From the NCBI GenBank assembly GCA_963666205.1, contig OY762654.1, positions 1,344,001-1,408,000 of the forward strand: a DNA stretch of 64,000 nucleotides, in the 5' to 3' direction. The translations under genes and the position numbers were made by a program. This document shows, in pieces, positions 21,181 through 31,024 of the stretch (its first letter is position 1; every line of letters begins with the position of its first letter). The stretch comes from Synergistales bacterium. GTDB lineage: Bacteria; Synergistota; Synergistia; Synergistales; JAFGMB01. Below the pieces are notes generated by a model, which saw only the letters and a program-made list of their open reading frames with translations, was not told the origin of the DNA and did no database searches.

Positions 21181-22467
21181 CTATACCTGACCAAGAAGCC
21201 TGGGAAGAAAAAGACTGATGGACGGAACATATGCAACAAGCAACAGAACCACCAGAAGGACTAAAAGGAAGGGCCATATACAGTGAACAACTTTTCCGAA
21301 CTTCGTTTTACCCACAGCTGTAGCAACATAAATAGTTATTCCTACTGGCGGAGTAACCCCTCCGATGATAAAGGTTAAAACCATTACCAGTGCAAAATGG
21401 ATGGGATTCAATCCCATCATTGCTGCTATGGGCTGATAGACAGGAACCATAATTATGGCAGCAGCTGTAGTATCCATAAAACACCCGATAATGAGCATAC
21501 TCAGGATCATTATAAACAGTACTACATGAGGATCTGAAGAAAGGGAAGTTACAAAACCTGCTATCATGACAGGGATTCCCTCTATGGCAAGGATCCATGA
21601 AAAAAGAATTGCAGAGGATACTATAAGCATAGCCATACCGGTCACACTGGCAGAATCTATTATCAGTCCCGGAAAATCCTTAAGCCTGATCTCCTTATAA
21701 AGGAATACTCCCACAAGAATTCCGTAAACAGAAGCTATTGCACCTGCTTCCGTTGCAGTAAATACTCCTGAAAGGATGCCCCCTACAATGATCACCGGCA
21801 TTGTAAGAGCAGGTATTGCTTTGAGAAAGGAAACAACAAAGTTCTTTAAAGAAAATTTAACACTTTCGCCATTGTAGAGACGGGGGTTCCGTTTTGCAAG
21901 AATATAACAGATTATCATGAATCCCAAACCTACCATAAGTCCAGGCAGAAAACCTGATACGAAAAGAGCTCCTATCGAAATCCCGGTTATGGATCCATAG
22001 AGTATCATAAGGATACTCGGAGGGATAATAGACCCTATGGTAGCCCCGGCGGCATTGACCGCTGTGCTGTACGAACGATCATAACCAGCCTCCACCATTG
22101 AAGGGATGAGCATGCTTCCAAGGGCAGCAACATCGGCAGTGGTCGAACCCGATATCCCGGCCATAATTATGTTTGCAACAATGGTTGCATGAGCCAGCCC
22201 TCCGCTGACAAACCCGACAAAGGATGCGGCAAATTCCACGATCCTCTTTGTAACACCGCTCCTGTTCATTATTTCACCGGCAAAAACAAAAAAGGGAATA
22301 GCCATCAGAGAAAATGAATCCGCCCCGGCAAACATTCTCTGTGGAATTATTATCAGGGAGTTACCCGAAAATACAAGGTAAGAAAGAGAAGCTAATCCCA
22401 AACTGAATGCAACCGGTATACCGGTCAAAAGCAAAGCAAAAAATATTATTCCCAAAAACCAGATCAT
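21181..22467 (-). CDS. dctM: TRAP transporter large permease
   Basis: AIPFFVFAGEIM, GISGS..AD, IIPPSI, FTATEA, TPPVG. Confidence 0.93.
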   Translation of the reverse strand: MIWFLGIIFFALLLTGIPVAFSLGLASLSYLVFSGNSLIIIPQRMFAGADSFSLMAIPFFVFAGEIMNRSGVTKRIVEFAASFVGFVSGGLAHATIVANIIMAGISGSTTADVAALGSMLIPSMVEAGYDRSYSTAVNAAGATIGSIIPPSILMILYGSITGISIGALFVSGFLPGLMVGLGFMIICYILAKRNPRLYNGESVKFSLKNFVVSFLKAIPALTMPVIIVGGILSGVFTATEAGAIASVYGILVGVFLYKEIRLKDFPGLIIDSASVTGMAMLIVSSAILFSWILAIEGIPVMIAGFVTSLSSDPHVVLFIMILSMLIIGCFMDTTAAAIIMVPVYQPIAAMMGLNPIHFALVMVLTFIIGGVTPPVGITIYVATAVGKTKFGKVVHCIWPFLLVLLVVLLLVAYVPSISLFLPRLLGQV

Positions 22468-22488
22468 TAATAGCCTCAGCTTTCCAAA

Positions 22489-22974
22489 TCAGGACTCGGA
22501 AGGACCCGATTTAATCAAACGTAATGTTTCTGCCAGCATCGGGATTCCCCCCATAGGAAGGGCAAGATAGGGGAAAAACATGGGCATTCTTAAAACCGAT
22601 GAATGTGTATCCCAACTCATAAAAGCCATTTGAAAACCGATATAAATAAAAACACATAAAAAACCTGCAACGAGAAGATAGATCAGATAGAACATGACCT
22701 TTCTCATCTTTACAGACACCCTGTTCTGGAGAAATTCCATACCTATATGGTTACCTCTCCTCATGGCAATGGCTCCTCCGAGAAAAATAACCCAGACAAA
22801 GGAATATCGGGCAAGCTCTCCAGCCCATGGTATGGGTGAATTCAATAAATATCGCATAAAGACATTGGTAACCGTAACCACAAACATGGTAAGAAAAACT
22901 AACAGAAGAAGACTCTTGAGGATAAACTCGTATACCCTTTCAAAACCTTTAATCTTTACCACTCCCCTTCTCAA
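22489..22974 (-). CDS. dctQ: TRAP transporter small permease
   Basis: V..RY....PIPWA.ELARY..VW..FLG......HI; 4 TM segments; true start may be a few codons downstream. Confidence 0.9.
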   Translation of the reverse strand: MRRGVVKIKGFERVYEFILKSLLLLVFLTMFVVTVTNVFMRYLLNSPIPWAGELARYSFVWVIFLGGAIAMRRGNHIGMEFLQNRVSVKMRKVMFYLIYLLVAGFLCVFIYIGFQMAFMSWDTHSSVLRMPMFFPYLALPMGGIPMLAETLRLIKSGPSES

Positions 22975-22984
22975 AGGTATTAAA

Positions 22985-23008
22985 AAGAGGGCGGGAAACC
23001 CGCCCTCT
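22985..23008 (-). terminator. Hairpin between dctP and dctQ (attenuator or mRNA stabiliser)
   Basis: AGAGGGCGGG-AAA-CCCGCCCTCT with a T-tract on the minus strand. Confidence 0.7.
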
Positions 23009-23028
23009 CAAGAAACAGATCTGGTGAT

Positions 23029-24009
23029 CTATTCGGAGATCTGCTTGAATAATTCCCGAGCCTTCTCACTCTTCATGCAGGCAAAAAGAGTGTAATCAAT
23101 GCTGTTTCTGAAGCTGGTTACATCGGGAGTAACGACCTTCAATGTTTCAGCACATTTATCACGGTAGTACTGATCCTTGGTTGCTGTAGCATTTAACTGG
23201 AATTCCGCAACTTCGTCCGCTGCTTCAAGGATAGCCTTTTTATAATCATCGGACAATTTACCAAAGGCTTTTGCTGACATGGATATAGTTGTGGGACCCT
23301 CAAGATGGTTGGTTATATTCATTACCTTGGTAACTTCATGGAGCGATGCTGTATAAATAGTTTCAGGTGCATTTTCAACACCCTGAACAACTCCTGTTTC
23401 AAGAGCGGTGTAAACTTCACCGAATGGGACTGGCGTGGGTGCTGCTCCAAGCTGTTTGAAAGTATCTACATAAATTGGAGACTCGGGGACTCTCATCTTC
23501 AAACCTTTAAGATCTTCTACCGTATTCAATTCCTTGCCTACGGTGTACATCTGTCTGAAAGGCTGTACAAGGTATGTGAGCACTTTTATCGTTGTCTTTT
23601 CTTCAATAAGTTTTGAGACTTCTTTCCCCACATTACCCTGTAAAACATTGAAGGCATGATCATAACTGTTATAAATGTAGGGGAGAACCAAAAGACCTGA
23701 TTCCTCCACATATGCCGGATAGAACTCCACTGCAATAACTGCCATATCGAGAGTGCCTGTCTTGAGAGCTTCTGCATTTTCTCTCTCTGAACCAAGAGAT
23801 GCCGATGGGAAGATCTTGACCTCAACATTTCCATCCGTCTTGGCATTTACAAGTTCTGCAAATTTTTCACATGAAATATGGACTGAATGCTTTGCTGGAA
23901 GCTGATGACTTAACTTGAGAACAGTTTTGGAACCAGCTTCTGCAGAAGTAAATGAAAAGAACGACAGCGCCATAACAAAAACCATGATACAAGTAATACT
24001 TTTTTTCAT
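23029..24009 (-). CDS. dctP: TRAP substrate-binding protein
   Basis: Signal peptide, FPSASLGSE, DLKGLKMRV, PTPVPFGEVYTALETGVVQGVEN. Confidence 0.93.
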   Translation of the reverse strand: MKKSITCIMVFVMALSFFSFTSAEAGSKTVLKLSHQLPAKHSVHISCEKFAELVNAKTDGNVEVKIFPSASLGSERENAEALKTGTLDMAVIAVEFYPAYVEESGLLVLPYIYNSYDHAFNVLQGNVGKEVSKLIEEKTTIKVLTYLVQPFRQMYTVGKELNTVEDLKGLKMRVPESPIYVDTFKQLGAAPTPVPFGEVYTALETGVVQGVENAPETIYTASLHEVTKVMNITNHLEGPTTISMSAKAFGKLSDDYKKAILEAADEVAEFQLNATATKDQYYRDKCAETLKVVTPDVTSFRNSIDYTLFACMKSEKARELFKQISE

Positions 24010-24133
24010 TGCCTATACCTCCATAGAAAAGATTTTGATGTTGCATTGAAAAGATTTATCCATAATTCCAATCAGCTCTCTGTTTTACAATGATCGAAAA
24101 GAAACAGGTAGTGATGGACCCTGGATCTGAACA

Positions 24134-24781
24134 CTATTCTGCAAACAACCTCTTATTCTCCGAGAAATGATAGTCCATCTGTTCTAAAGCAAGCTCTTTG
24201 TTATTGGAAAGTAGAGCTTCGTAAAGAGTCCGATGTTTCTTTAACTGCTTTTCCATATCCAGATCAACCCTGTTGTGTACAAAGAAGAACCAGAAACTGT
24301 GACCCAATGATTCCCAGGATTTCTTGAGAAAATCACTTTTTGCCAGATTCATGAGAATAGAATGGAACTCCATATCTGCCTTTATCTGGGTAAAAGTGTC
24401 CCCTGTTTCACAATTCGCAGCCATTGTTTCAACGGCATCTCCTAATTGACCAAGCTCCACCCCTGAAAGATCCTGGTTATCAAAGATCCATTCCAAAGCA
24501 GTCTTTTCCAGCATTAACCTCACTTTGTAATAATCCATCATCTCTTCGTAGGATAAATTATTAATAAATGCACCTTTATAGGGTTGAATGGTGATATATC
24601 CCATATTCGCAAGATCTCGAAATGCTTCTCTTACTGCTCCCTTTCCTATATTAAGGTCCTGAGCGATCTGGACTTCAACAAGTCTGTCACCGGGTAAATA
24701 TTTCTTCTTCAAGATACCCTTCAGGAAATAATCAATTACATCGTCCCTCAGAACTCTTCTTTGCAAAGATTCACTTTCCAT
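24134..24781 (-). CDS. GntR/FadR-family regulator (FCD domain)
   Basis: PGDRLVE..IA..L......VREA wHTH; ADMEFH, HRTLYEAL. Confidence 0.9.
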   Translation of the reverse strand: MESESLQRRVLRDDVIDYFLKGILKKKYLPGDRLVEVQIAQDLNIGKGAVREAFRDLANMGYITIQPYKGAFINNLSYEEMMDYYKVRLMLEKTALEWIFDNQDLSGVELGQLGDAVETMAANCETGDTFTQIKADMEFHSILMNLAKSDFLKKSWESLGHSFWFFFVHNRVDLDMEKQLKKHRTLYEALLSNNKELALEQMDYHFSENKRLFAE

Positions 24782-24824
24782 AAGCAGCTCCCCAACCTTA
24801 GAATTAGAGATTTATTGCATACAG

Positions 24825-24886
24825 TCTACTATCTACTATCTACTTTCTGTTTGGCCTAATTTAGCATCCCGGATTTGACATGTCAA
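24825..24886 (-). promoter_or_regulatory. Promoter of the gntR-TRAP operon with a tandem TCTACTA operator candidate
   Basis: Palindromic TTGACATGTCAA at 24875-24886; minus-strand TGc-TAAATT at 17 bp; TCTACTATCTACTATCTACT at 24825-24844. Confidence 0.55.
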
Positions 24887-25471
24887 TAGATAATTATTAT
24901 CAATAAAACATTTACCCTCACATGAAAATGTAACTGCAGGACTCCAGGCTATAAAAATCTTCTGTTTATTCTTTCTATTTCTATAACAATAGCCCTTGAA
25001 CTGCAGCAGTTATTCGCAAAATATCATCTTCAAAAGGAAGGAAGACTCCCCTCCTCATCCCTTATCTATTTATGATTTATCTTTTTCATCATGGGAAAGT
25101 GTGTGGTTACTTTGCCATACGTGATTCAAAGTACCATGTCGGCGAATGAGGGGGCCTTTACATTCAGAACTGTCTCTTATAAATACTGGCGGGTATGCGC
25201 ATAAATCCACCGGAATGTGAAATGGATCAGTTCAAGTTCATAAGACAAGGATTTTAGAAAAAGGCATGAATATCCGCGACCCAGCATCGTACCTCCGCTG
25301 CACTGGATAAAAGGTTGGTCTCTATTTGTATCTGGTATTGAATTTGAATTATGGCTCAAGCTGGACTTGAAATATACCTTGTTGCCAGGAGTCAGGAAAA
25401 AGGGAACAACGGCAATTCCGGAATTTACCACTCGTTTTACCCATAGTGGTACACCGTACTATCAGCACTTC

Positions 25472-25864
25472 CTAAAGAACCCCTTTCAGCCAGACCGCTA
25501 TGGCAGCGGTACCCGCACCAAGGAAGGTTCCCCAGCACATGTCAACCACTGTCACCAGGACAGGCCAGCCTTTGAGAGTCGCAAAGTTGGTGAGATCGTA
25601 TGTTGCATAGCAGATAAAACCGAAAAACGCACCTCTCAGTACAGCCTGGGAAATACTGCCTTCCCTTCCCGTCACGAAAAACACCATTCCCGCAATGAAC
25701 AGCAGGTAAAACAGAACCGCTGCAAGCCAGTTGGGCCTTTCGGCCATAATATAGCCGATCTGTGACTTGTAGAACTTAGGCGCCACAAGACCAAGCCAGG
25801 CTCCGTCCATGGCAACGAAGGGAACCAGAGTAAAAAGGTAGGTCCTCAGAAAACCAGTGATCAT
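25472..25864 (-). CDS. DUF2177-family membrane protein
   Basis: D..WLG.VA..FY, YATYDLTN.ATLKGWP....VDM.WG. Confidence 0.88.
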   Translation of the reverse strand: MITGFLRTYLFTLVPFVAMDGAWLGLVAPKFYKSQIGYIMAERPNWLAAVLFYLLFIAGMVFFVTGREGSISQAVLRGAFFGFICYATYDLTNFATLKGWPVLVTVVDMCWGTFLGAGTAAIAVWLKGVL

Positions 25865-26236
25865 TTTTCAGACACACCCCCCTTATTTCATTGTTATACT
25901 CTATTCTTCTATTCGAAGTAAACCACTGAAGCGGTTATATTGTCCAGAGAAAATGAAATATTCCTCCATGGATAATAAACTGATATAAGGGATCGAGGGT
26001 ATCTTTTACGACATGGGGAAAATGACAGGAAGTGAAGCCCTATTCGATAAGAAGACTTCCCCTGTGAAATTACAATGGTAAAGGTATTGAAAAAATAAAG
26101 GGGAATATGGATAATGAGATTCGATATTGGTGGAGTTTAACGTACTCCTGCACCTTTAAGGCAAATTGCAGACATAAACTTGTTTTATTAATCTTCCTCA
26201 TTGCTATCCCATATGACAAAGTAGGAGAGTTTAAAG

Positions 26237-27199
26237 ATGTCTACATTACCTTACCAACTCCACAATAACATAGCGCTGCTTTGTGAGAGAAGAGAATACG
26301 AACAGGCTCTTGGTCTGGCAAAACAGGATCTGGAGAAAGCAGAAGAGATCCTGGGGAAAAACCACCCTTACCTTACTCCATACCTGGATAAGATCGCGGA
26401 AATATATGAATTACAAGGTCATCATTCCCATGCAAGGTCTATTTATTACAGAACTATTGAGATATGGGAAGAAACTTTTGTGCCTGAATATAACATCCTC
26501 TCAGATATCTTTCGCGGTAAAAGAAAGGAAAATGAACGAAAGTACGGCTTTCCCTATGAGAACTGCCTTCAACTCACCCCGGAACTCCACCTGGGGACAG
26601 GGGACAACCGCAGATGCTATGTGCACCCGGATAACCCCGGGCTCTGCATAAAGATAGATAAACCCTGGAATGAGGGACTTCATAACAGCACATTTAAACG
26701 AATTAAAAGGCTGTTTATGCCCTGGCTGGCAGATTTTTCATCCAACAGGGAAGAAGCAAGATTTTACCGGACCCAAAACAGGTTTCCTTGTGAAAAGTTC
26801 TATGATCATGCTCCACGCTGCCATGGAATAGCTCTCACAAACCTGGGACCTGGCCTGGTGTTTGAACGTATCAGAGACGATGACGGGAATTACTCAGCCC
26901 GCATGGACTCATATCTGGAAAAGTATCCTGGACAGATTAACCATGTTATCCGTCTCATAGAAACCCTTTACGAGGACATGCTCCAACTGGATAAACTGAT
27001 CTTTTGCTGGAACAAAGAAAACCTGATCGTCCAGCAGAAAGATGATAACAATGACAGGTTAATAGTCATAGACTGGAAAAGCGAAGGGAGACCGAACAAC
27101 GATCTCCCGGTAATCAACTTATCTTCGTATCTTGGAAGAAGAAAGATGTATAAGCAGTTCAAAGAACTGGTTTCAAGTCTAAAAAAACAGACCAATTAA
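26237..27199 (+). CDS. N-terminal TPR repeats fused to a YrbL-like (kinase-like) domain
   Basis: E..LGKNHP....L..IA.IY..QG TPR; LG.G..R.CYVHP.NP..CIKI, N.EE..FY, TNLG.GLVFERIRD.DG, ENL, IVID. Confidence 0.7.
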   Translation: MSTLPYQLHNNIALLCERREYEQALGLAKQDLEKAEEILGKNHPYLTPYLDKIAEIYELQGHHSHARSIYYRTIEIWEETFVPEYNILSDIFRGKRKENERKYGFPYENCLQLTPELHLGTGDNRRCYVHPDNPGLCIKIDKPWNEGLHNSTFKRIKRLFMPWLADFSSNREEARFYRTQNRFPCEKFYDHAPRCHGIALTNLGPGLVFERIRDDDGNYSARMDSYLEKYPGQINHVIRLIETLYEDMLQLDKLIFCWNKENLIVQQKDDNNDRLIVIDWKSEGRPNNDLPVINLSSYLGRRKMYKQFKELVSSLKKQTN

Positions 27200-27248
27200 C
27201 TTGATCATTCATTTTGCATAAAGAAACATTGCTCCGGGAAGCAGATTT

Positions 27249-28139
27249 CTAAAACCCCTCAGGAATACCCGATTCGCAGGGAATACCCACCTGGCACATA
27301 CCGCAGCCGGAGGACCCTTCAAGACCCCACTTCTCTTTGACATATGGTGCAACCACCTGCCGTATGTACTCCCGGCATCGCCTTTTATCATGCCCCTTTT
27401 CGGAAATGGCTCCTGCCGGACACCTGGCGATACAGGCTCCGCACTTACCTTCTTTAAGGAAAGGGCAATTATCATAATATGACTCACAGGACCTTGCTGA
27501 TCCCGGCAAAGACATCCTGACCACCACAGAGCCGAACCGGACTGCCTTGCCCAGGGGAGTTATGAGCCCGTCACAAAGACCAAAGGTCCCGAGACCACAG
27601 GCATATGCCAGATGTCTCTCAGACCATTTTGAGGAGTACACATATTTATCGGAGTCCACACTGCACCACTCACCGGCCAGCACAGGGGCAATGGCTTCGA
27701 AACCCTTATCAGAAAGTGCTTTCACTACCTCACTGCGAACCAGGTCGTTAAACTCCTCACCCAACAATCTGGAACGTACCCAGCGTTCGCTGGGATATTC
27801 TCTCTCTTTTCGGTGATCCTCCTTCGTTCTGGCAGTTTGGGGAAGGATCCAGCTGATGACAGACAGATCTTCAGCCTTCACTTCTGATTTCGGGAAAGCC
27901 AGGGTAAATATTTCCAGGGGTGTCCAGTGGTTCTCTCCAACAGCCTCCCTGAAAGTTTCGAAGACAGGGTCATCTCCGCTGCAGAAACCGACCATAGGTT
28001 TGTCCCATGCAGGTTCCTTCCCGAAGGGACCTCCCAGTGCATTTCCCGGAGAAGACATCACAAAAGTTTCTATTATTTCTCTAACCATCTGTGCATTTTT
28101 TTCTACTGAATGCATAATTATCCTCCTCACGGTTCCCAT
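27249..28139 (-). CDS. 4Fe-4S protein, epoxyqueuosine-reductase-like family
   Basis: S.WSERHLAYACGLGTFG, CGACIARCP, CGMCQVGIPCE. Confidence 0.8.
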   Translation of the reverse strand: MGTVRRIIMHSVEKNAQMVREIIETFVMSSPGNALGGPFGKEPAWDKPMVGFCSGDDPVFETFREAVGENHWTPLEIFTLAFPKSEVKAEDLSVISWILPQTARTKEDHRKEREYPSERWVRSRLLGEEFNDLVRSEVVKALSDKGFEAIAPVLAGEWCSVDSDKYVYSSKWSERHLAYACGLGTFGLCDGLITPLGKAVRFGSVVVRMSLPGSARSCESYYDNCPFLKEGKCGACIARCPAGAISEKGHDKRRCREYIRQVVAPYVKEKWGLEGSSGCGMCQVGIPCESGIPEGF

Positions 28140-28283
28140 GTATTATCTCATTCATTGATGTTGAATCCCTGATCTTCCATGAAAATAGAAACCATAGCTT
28201 CTCGTATAATGCACAAAGTTCACATTGTCAATTTCTGGAAATAATAAACTTAATGAACCACTTTTCAAATAAGATTTGAATTA

Positions 28284-29033
28284 TTGCTTATAATGGGGGG
28301 GATTATAGAAAGGATGAGACCAATGCCAAGGCTCGAAGATATAAAGATATTTTATGAACTCATGGACATGCTGGAAATAAAGCTTCGCAACCGTAAGGCT
28401 CGCGGAGAGAGGATCCTGTCCCAATGTGAGGGGAATATGGGATGGCCTGAAAGGGGAATATGTTTCTTCTTCGAACCTGGAGAACAAAGAAGCGACTCAG
28501 GTTCAGGGTACCGTGTTGTCAGAGTAGATACCCATGCTCTTTCCAGCGGATCAAAAATAGCTCTCTGGACACGATTGAGCCAGCATAAGGGAAACAGCAG
28601 AACCGGAGGAGGAGATCACAGGGAATCTGACTTCCGAAAGATAATAGGTTATTCCCTTATCAATAAACATGGCTCTCTTCGTTCATCCACCTGGGGAAAG
28701 GGCAGTTCTGTCATAAAAAAGATCCAACGGCAGGAACTCGCTATTGAACAGGAGGTCAGCAACATCATTGGCCAGATGCCCTTTTTATGGCTGGAAGTAA
28801 ATGATGAACCATCAGAGGATAGCCAGAGGGCCTACCTTGAAAAGAACATTATCGCCCTTTTAAGCAACTGGAATAAAGAGGAAAGGGTTGATGAACCTTC
28901 TGAAGAATGGCTTGGAAGGTACTGCCCTATTGAAGAAGTCAAGGATTCCGGCCTGTGGAACTCCGACCATGTAGATATTGATTATGACCCGGCCTTTCTG
29001 AAAGTATTTCAGATGTATATCGATAAGATCTGA
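28284..29033 (+). CDS. Hypothetical protein, GIY-YIG-like nuclease fold suspected
   Basis: WPERGICFFFE..RVVRVDTH..LWTRLSQH..HRES.FR and LE.N.IALLSN; start may be near 28313. Confidence 0.55.
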   Translation: MLIMGGIIERMRPMPRLEDIKIFYELMDMLEIKLRNRKARGERILSQCEGNMGWPERGICFFFEPGEQRSDSGSGYRVVRVDTHALSSGSKIALWTRLSQHKGNSRTGGGDHRESDFRKIIGYSLINKHGSLRSSTWGKGSSVIKKIQRQELAIEQEVSNIIGQMPFLWLEVNDEPSEDSQRAYLEKNIIALLSNWNKEERVDEPSEEWLGRYCPIEEVKDSGLWNSDHVDIDYDPAFLKVFQMYIDKI

Positions 29034-29066
29034 ATTGAGAATCAAAAGATCGTCTGATAAGGGGAG

Positions 29067-29124
29067 ACATTGCATACATACGGTTAAAATCAAGGTCTGA
29101 CCCCGTTATTGATCGTGTCAATAA
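29067..29124 (+). repeat. Repeat family A, copy 1 (34-bp core 29071-29104)
   Basis: TGCATACATACGGTTAAAATCAAGGTCTGACCCC, identical at 33730, 58002 and 59361. Confidence 0.95.
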
Positions 29125-29164
29125 ACAGGCGGAGGTTTACAGAGTCATACCTCCGTCTGTTTAT
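29121..29164 (-). repeat. Hairpin family B, short form (probable terminator)
   Basis: ATAAACAGGCGGAGGT...ACCTCCGTCTGTTTAT; shares GAG(T/C)CATACCTCC(G/A)TCT with 49942 and 59470. Confidence 0.7.
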
Positions 29165-29244
29165 TTATGTTATGCCTCTTCCTGGTTTTGGAGCTCCCTT
29201 TATCTACAGTTAAAACAGAAGAGCCCGGTGCATATCAGGGAAAA

Positions 29245-31011
29245 TCAGGATAACAACTGTTCCATATCCCTGAGAGCAAAGGGGAGTTGTTCAATAAAAG
29301 CATTCCTTTCCCCTTCTATGGAACTGAAACCGGTGACCGAAAGGATGAGATGATCGGACCGCTGAAGGTAACGGACAGCCAGGCCGTCTTCCTGAGCTGG
29401 ACCGTAGCCTGCAGACTCTATACCCTCTCCCGAGGTCGTACTGGTGGATATAGCAATATCCTGCAGAACTATCCATGCAGGGCTCCTGTAAATAGAGGGC
29501 AGGTTATCCAGAGGCCTGTTCCCCGCTTTCCCTTCCGCAATAGCAAGGAGGAGCCCCAGAATTCCATCAATTCCTTCTCCATTCATACACTGGGAGATCC
29601 TGTTTTTATGCAAATTAAGCGCGCCTCGAAGCACTTCCGCGCATTCACTGCGAGAATTTCCCTGTTCCTCAATTAGCTGCAGAAACTGTTTTGTACCCTC
29701 ATTAAAGGGACGCATCCCTTCTGTCCGCCCCTGCTGAAATTGGCGGAGCATCACCGATTCAAAAGCAGAACGAACACTTCCCCATGCTCTCTTCTGGGCC
29801 AGAAACAGGGCTGTCTGCAAGAATCCGTCAGGACTGACACCTAGTTCTTTTATCCTATCCTTGCCAAAATCGTTGAAACGAAGAAGGCTGAAACAGGTTT
29901 TCGAAAAGAGCTGCGATGCCTCTCTTTTCGCATATGTAACGGTCTCCTTAAGCTCACTCCCTGCTACGGGAGTGACCTCCTCGGCAACTGGGGCCTCTCC
30001 GGAAACAAGGCCATCCTGTCTGGTTCCATTACATATATGGCGTACAAAACGCCCCATGGGTGTTCCATCCCGCCTGGAATGTTCAAAGTTTATACCTATC
30101 CGGCCATTTCCAGGAACGATGAGCTGCAGGGACTTGTCGAACCAGCGGTTCCCCGGATCACCATAGAGGATATCCCTGGAAAGGTCTTCGTCATTCATTG
30201 GTCCACACCGGTCAAGACATAGAACAAACAGGCTTTTTTCAACAGTTTCAATTGCCCTTGCCACGGATGGGGAATTTCGAATAAGGCTTTTTCTGAGGGA
30301 AGCCCATTTTGTTCTTGGCAGACAAGTCAGTGCAGCCAGTGGAAATGGCTCTGGTTCGCTGCTGATATTAAGGATCGATGCAAAGGATCTTTCAAGCCCC
30401 TCACCCGGGAAAATTTCTCCATTATCATCCAGGACCCTCTGCCGGAAGATATGTCCATTACAGATAACAGTGATCCAGTCAGTTCTGTTTCGGATGTTCC
30501 TGTCAATATCTTTTCCTGGAATCCTGGTCATACCGATAATATCTTCATACTGTTCCATGGATAAAGGCAGACCCTTCCAGCAGTCGGGTCCCATTTCACC
30601 CTTCTGGATATCTTTGTAGAACTTCAGAATAGTCTGTACAGCCCTTGCAGCAAGCTCTGTGTTTCCTATTCCCAGTTCTTCTCCCCTGGGATCCAGGAGA
30701 TAAAAGGGGTTACTCTGAACAGGCAGAGATGCCCTATGGGAAAGATACCACTTCTCCCAGTAGGGCATCCATTTGAGAACCTCCGGATCGGAGGGATAAA
30801 GATCATCAAGTTCAGCACGAAGGATCTGTCCCTCCCTTCCAGGTTTCAGAAAGCTTTTTGCCGCTTTCAGGCTCTCTCCAAATTCATTATCCGACAGCAA
30901 AGGTTTTGACCACTTAAGCAGTTGCTCACAGGTTCTCTCCAGGGGTGGAAAGGACCATAAAGGTATCTTTTCTGTCAAAGCTGCTGCGATTCTATCTCTG
31001 GAATTGAACAA
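29245..31011 (-). CDS. Choline/carnitine O-acyltransferase family protein
   Basis: WYLS.R.SLPVQSNP, NRWFDKSLQLIV, GINFEHS..DG (catalytic His), SPDGFLQTA, FES...RQF..GRTE, STS motif; likely TTG start at 31011 behind AGGGG (the ORF track start at 31140 overlaps the upstream gene). Confidence 0.88.
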   Translation of the reverse strand: MFNSRDRIAAALTEKIPLWSFPPLERTCEQLLKWSKPLLSDNEFGESLKAAKSFLKPGREGQILRAELDDLYPSDPEVLKWMPYWEKWYLSHRASLPVQSNPFYLLDPRGEELGIGNTELAARAVQTILKFYKDIQKGEMGPDCWKGLPLSMEQYEDIIGMTRIPGKDIDRNIRNRTDWITVICNGHIFRQRVLDDNGEIFPGEGLERSFASILNISSEPEPFPLAALTCLPRTKWASLRKSLIRNSPSVARAIETVEKSLFVLCLDRCGPMNDEDLSRDILYGDPGNRWFDKSLQLIVPGNGRIGINFEHSRRDGTPMGRFVRHICNGTRQDGLVSGEAPVAEEVTPVAGSELKETVTYAKREASQLFSKTCFSLLRFNDFGKDRIKELGVSPDGFLQTALFLAQKRAWGSVRSAFESVMLRQFQQGRTEGMRPFNEGTKQFLQLIEEQGNSRSECAEVLRGALNLHKNRISQCMNGEGIDGILGLLLAIAEGKAGNRPLDNLPSIYRSPAWIVLQDIAISTSTTSGEGIESAGYGPAQEDGLAVRYLQRSDHLILSVTGFSSIEGERNAFIEQLPFALRDMEQLLS

Positions 31012-31024
31012 GTTAGATTCCCCT

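Noticed and set aside
25177-25431. 84-aa minus-strand ORF downstream of the DUF2177 gene
   Set aside because: No recognisable motif or clear start signal.
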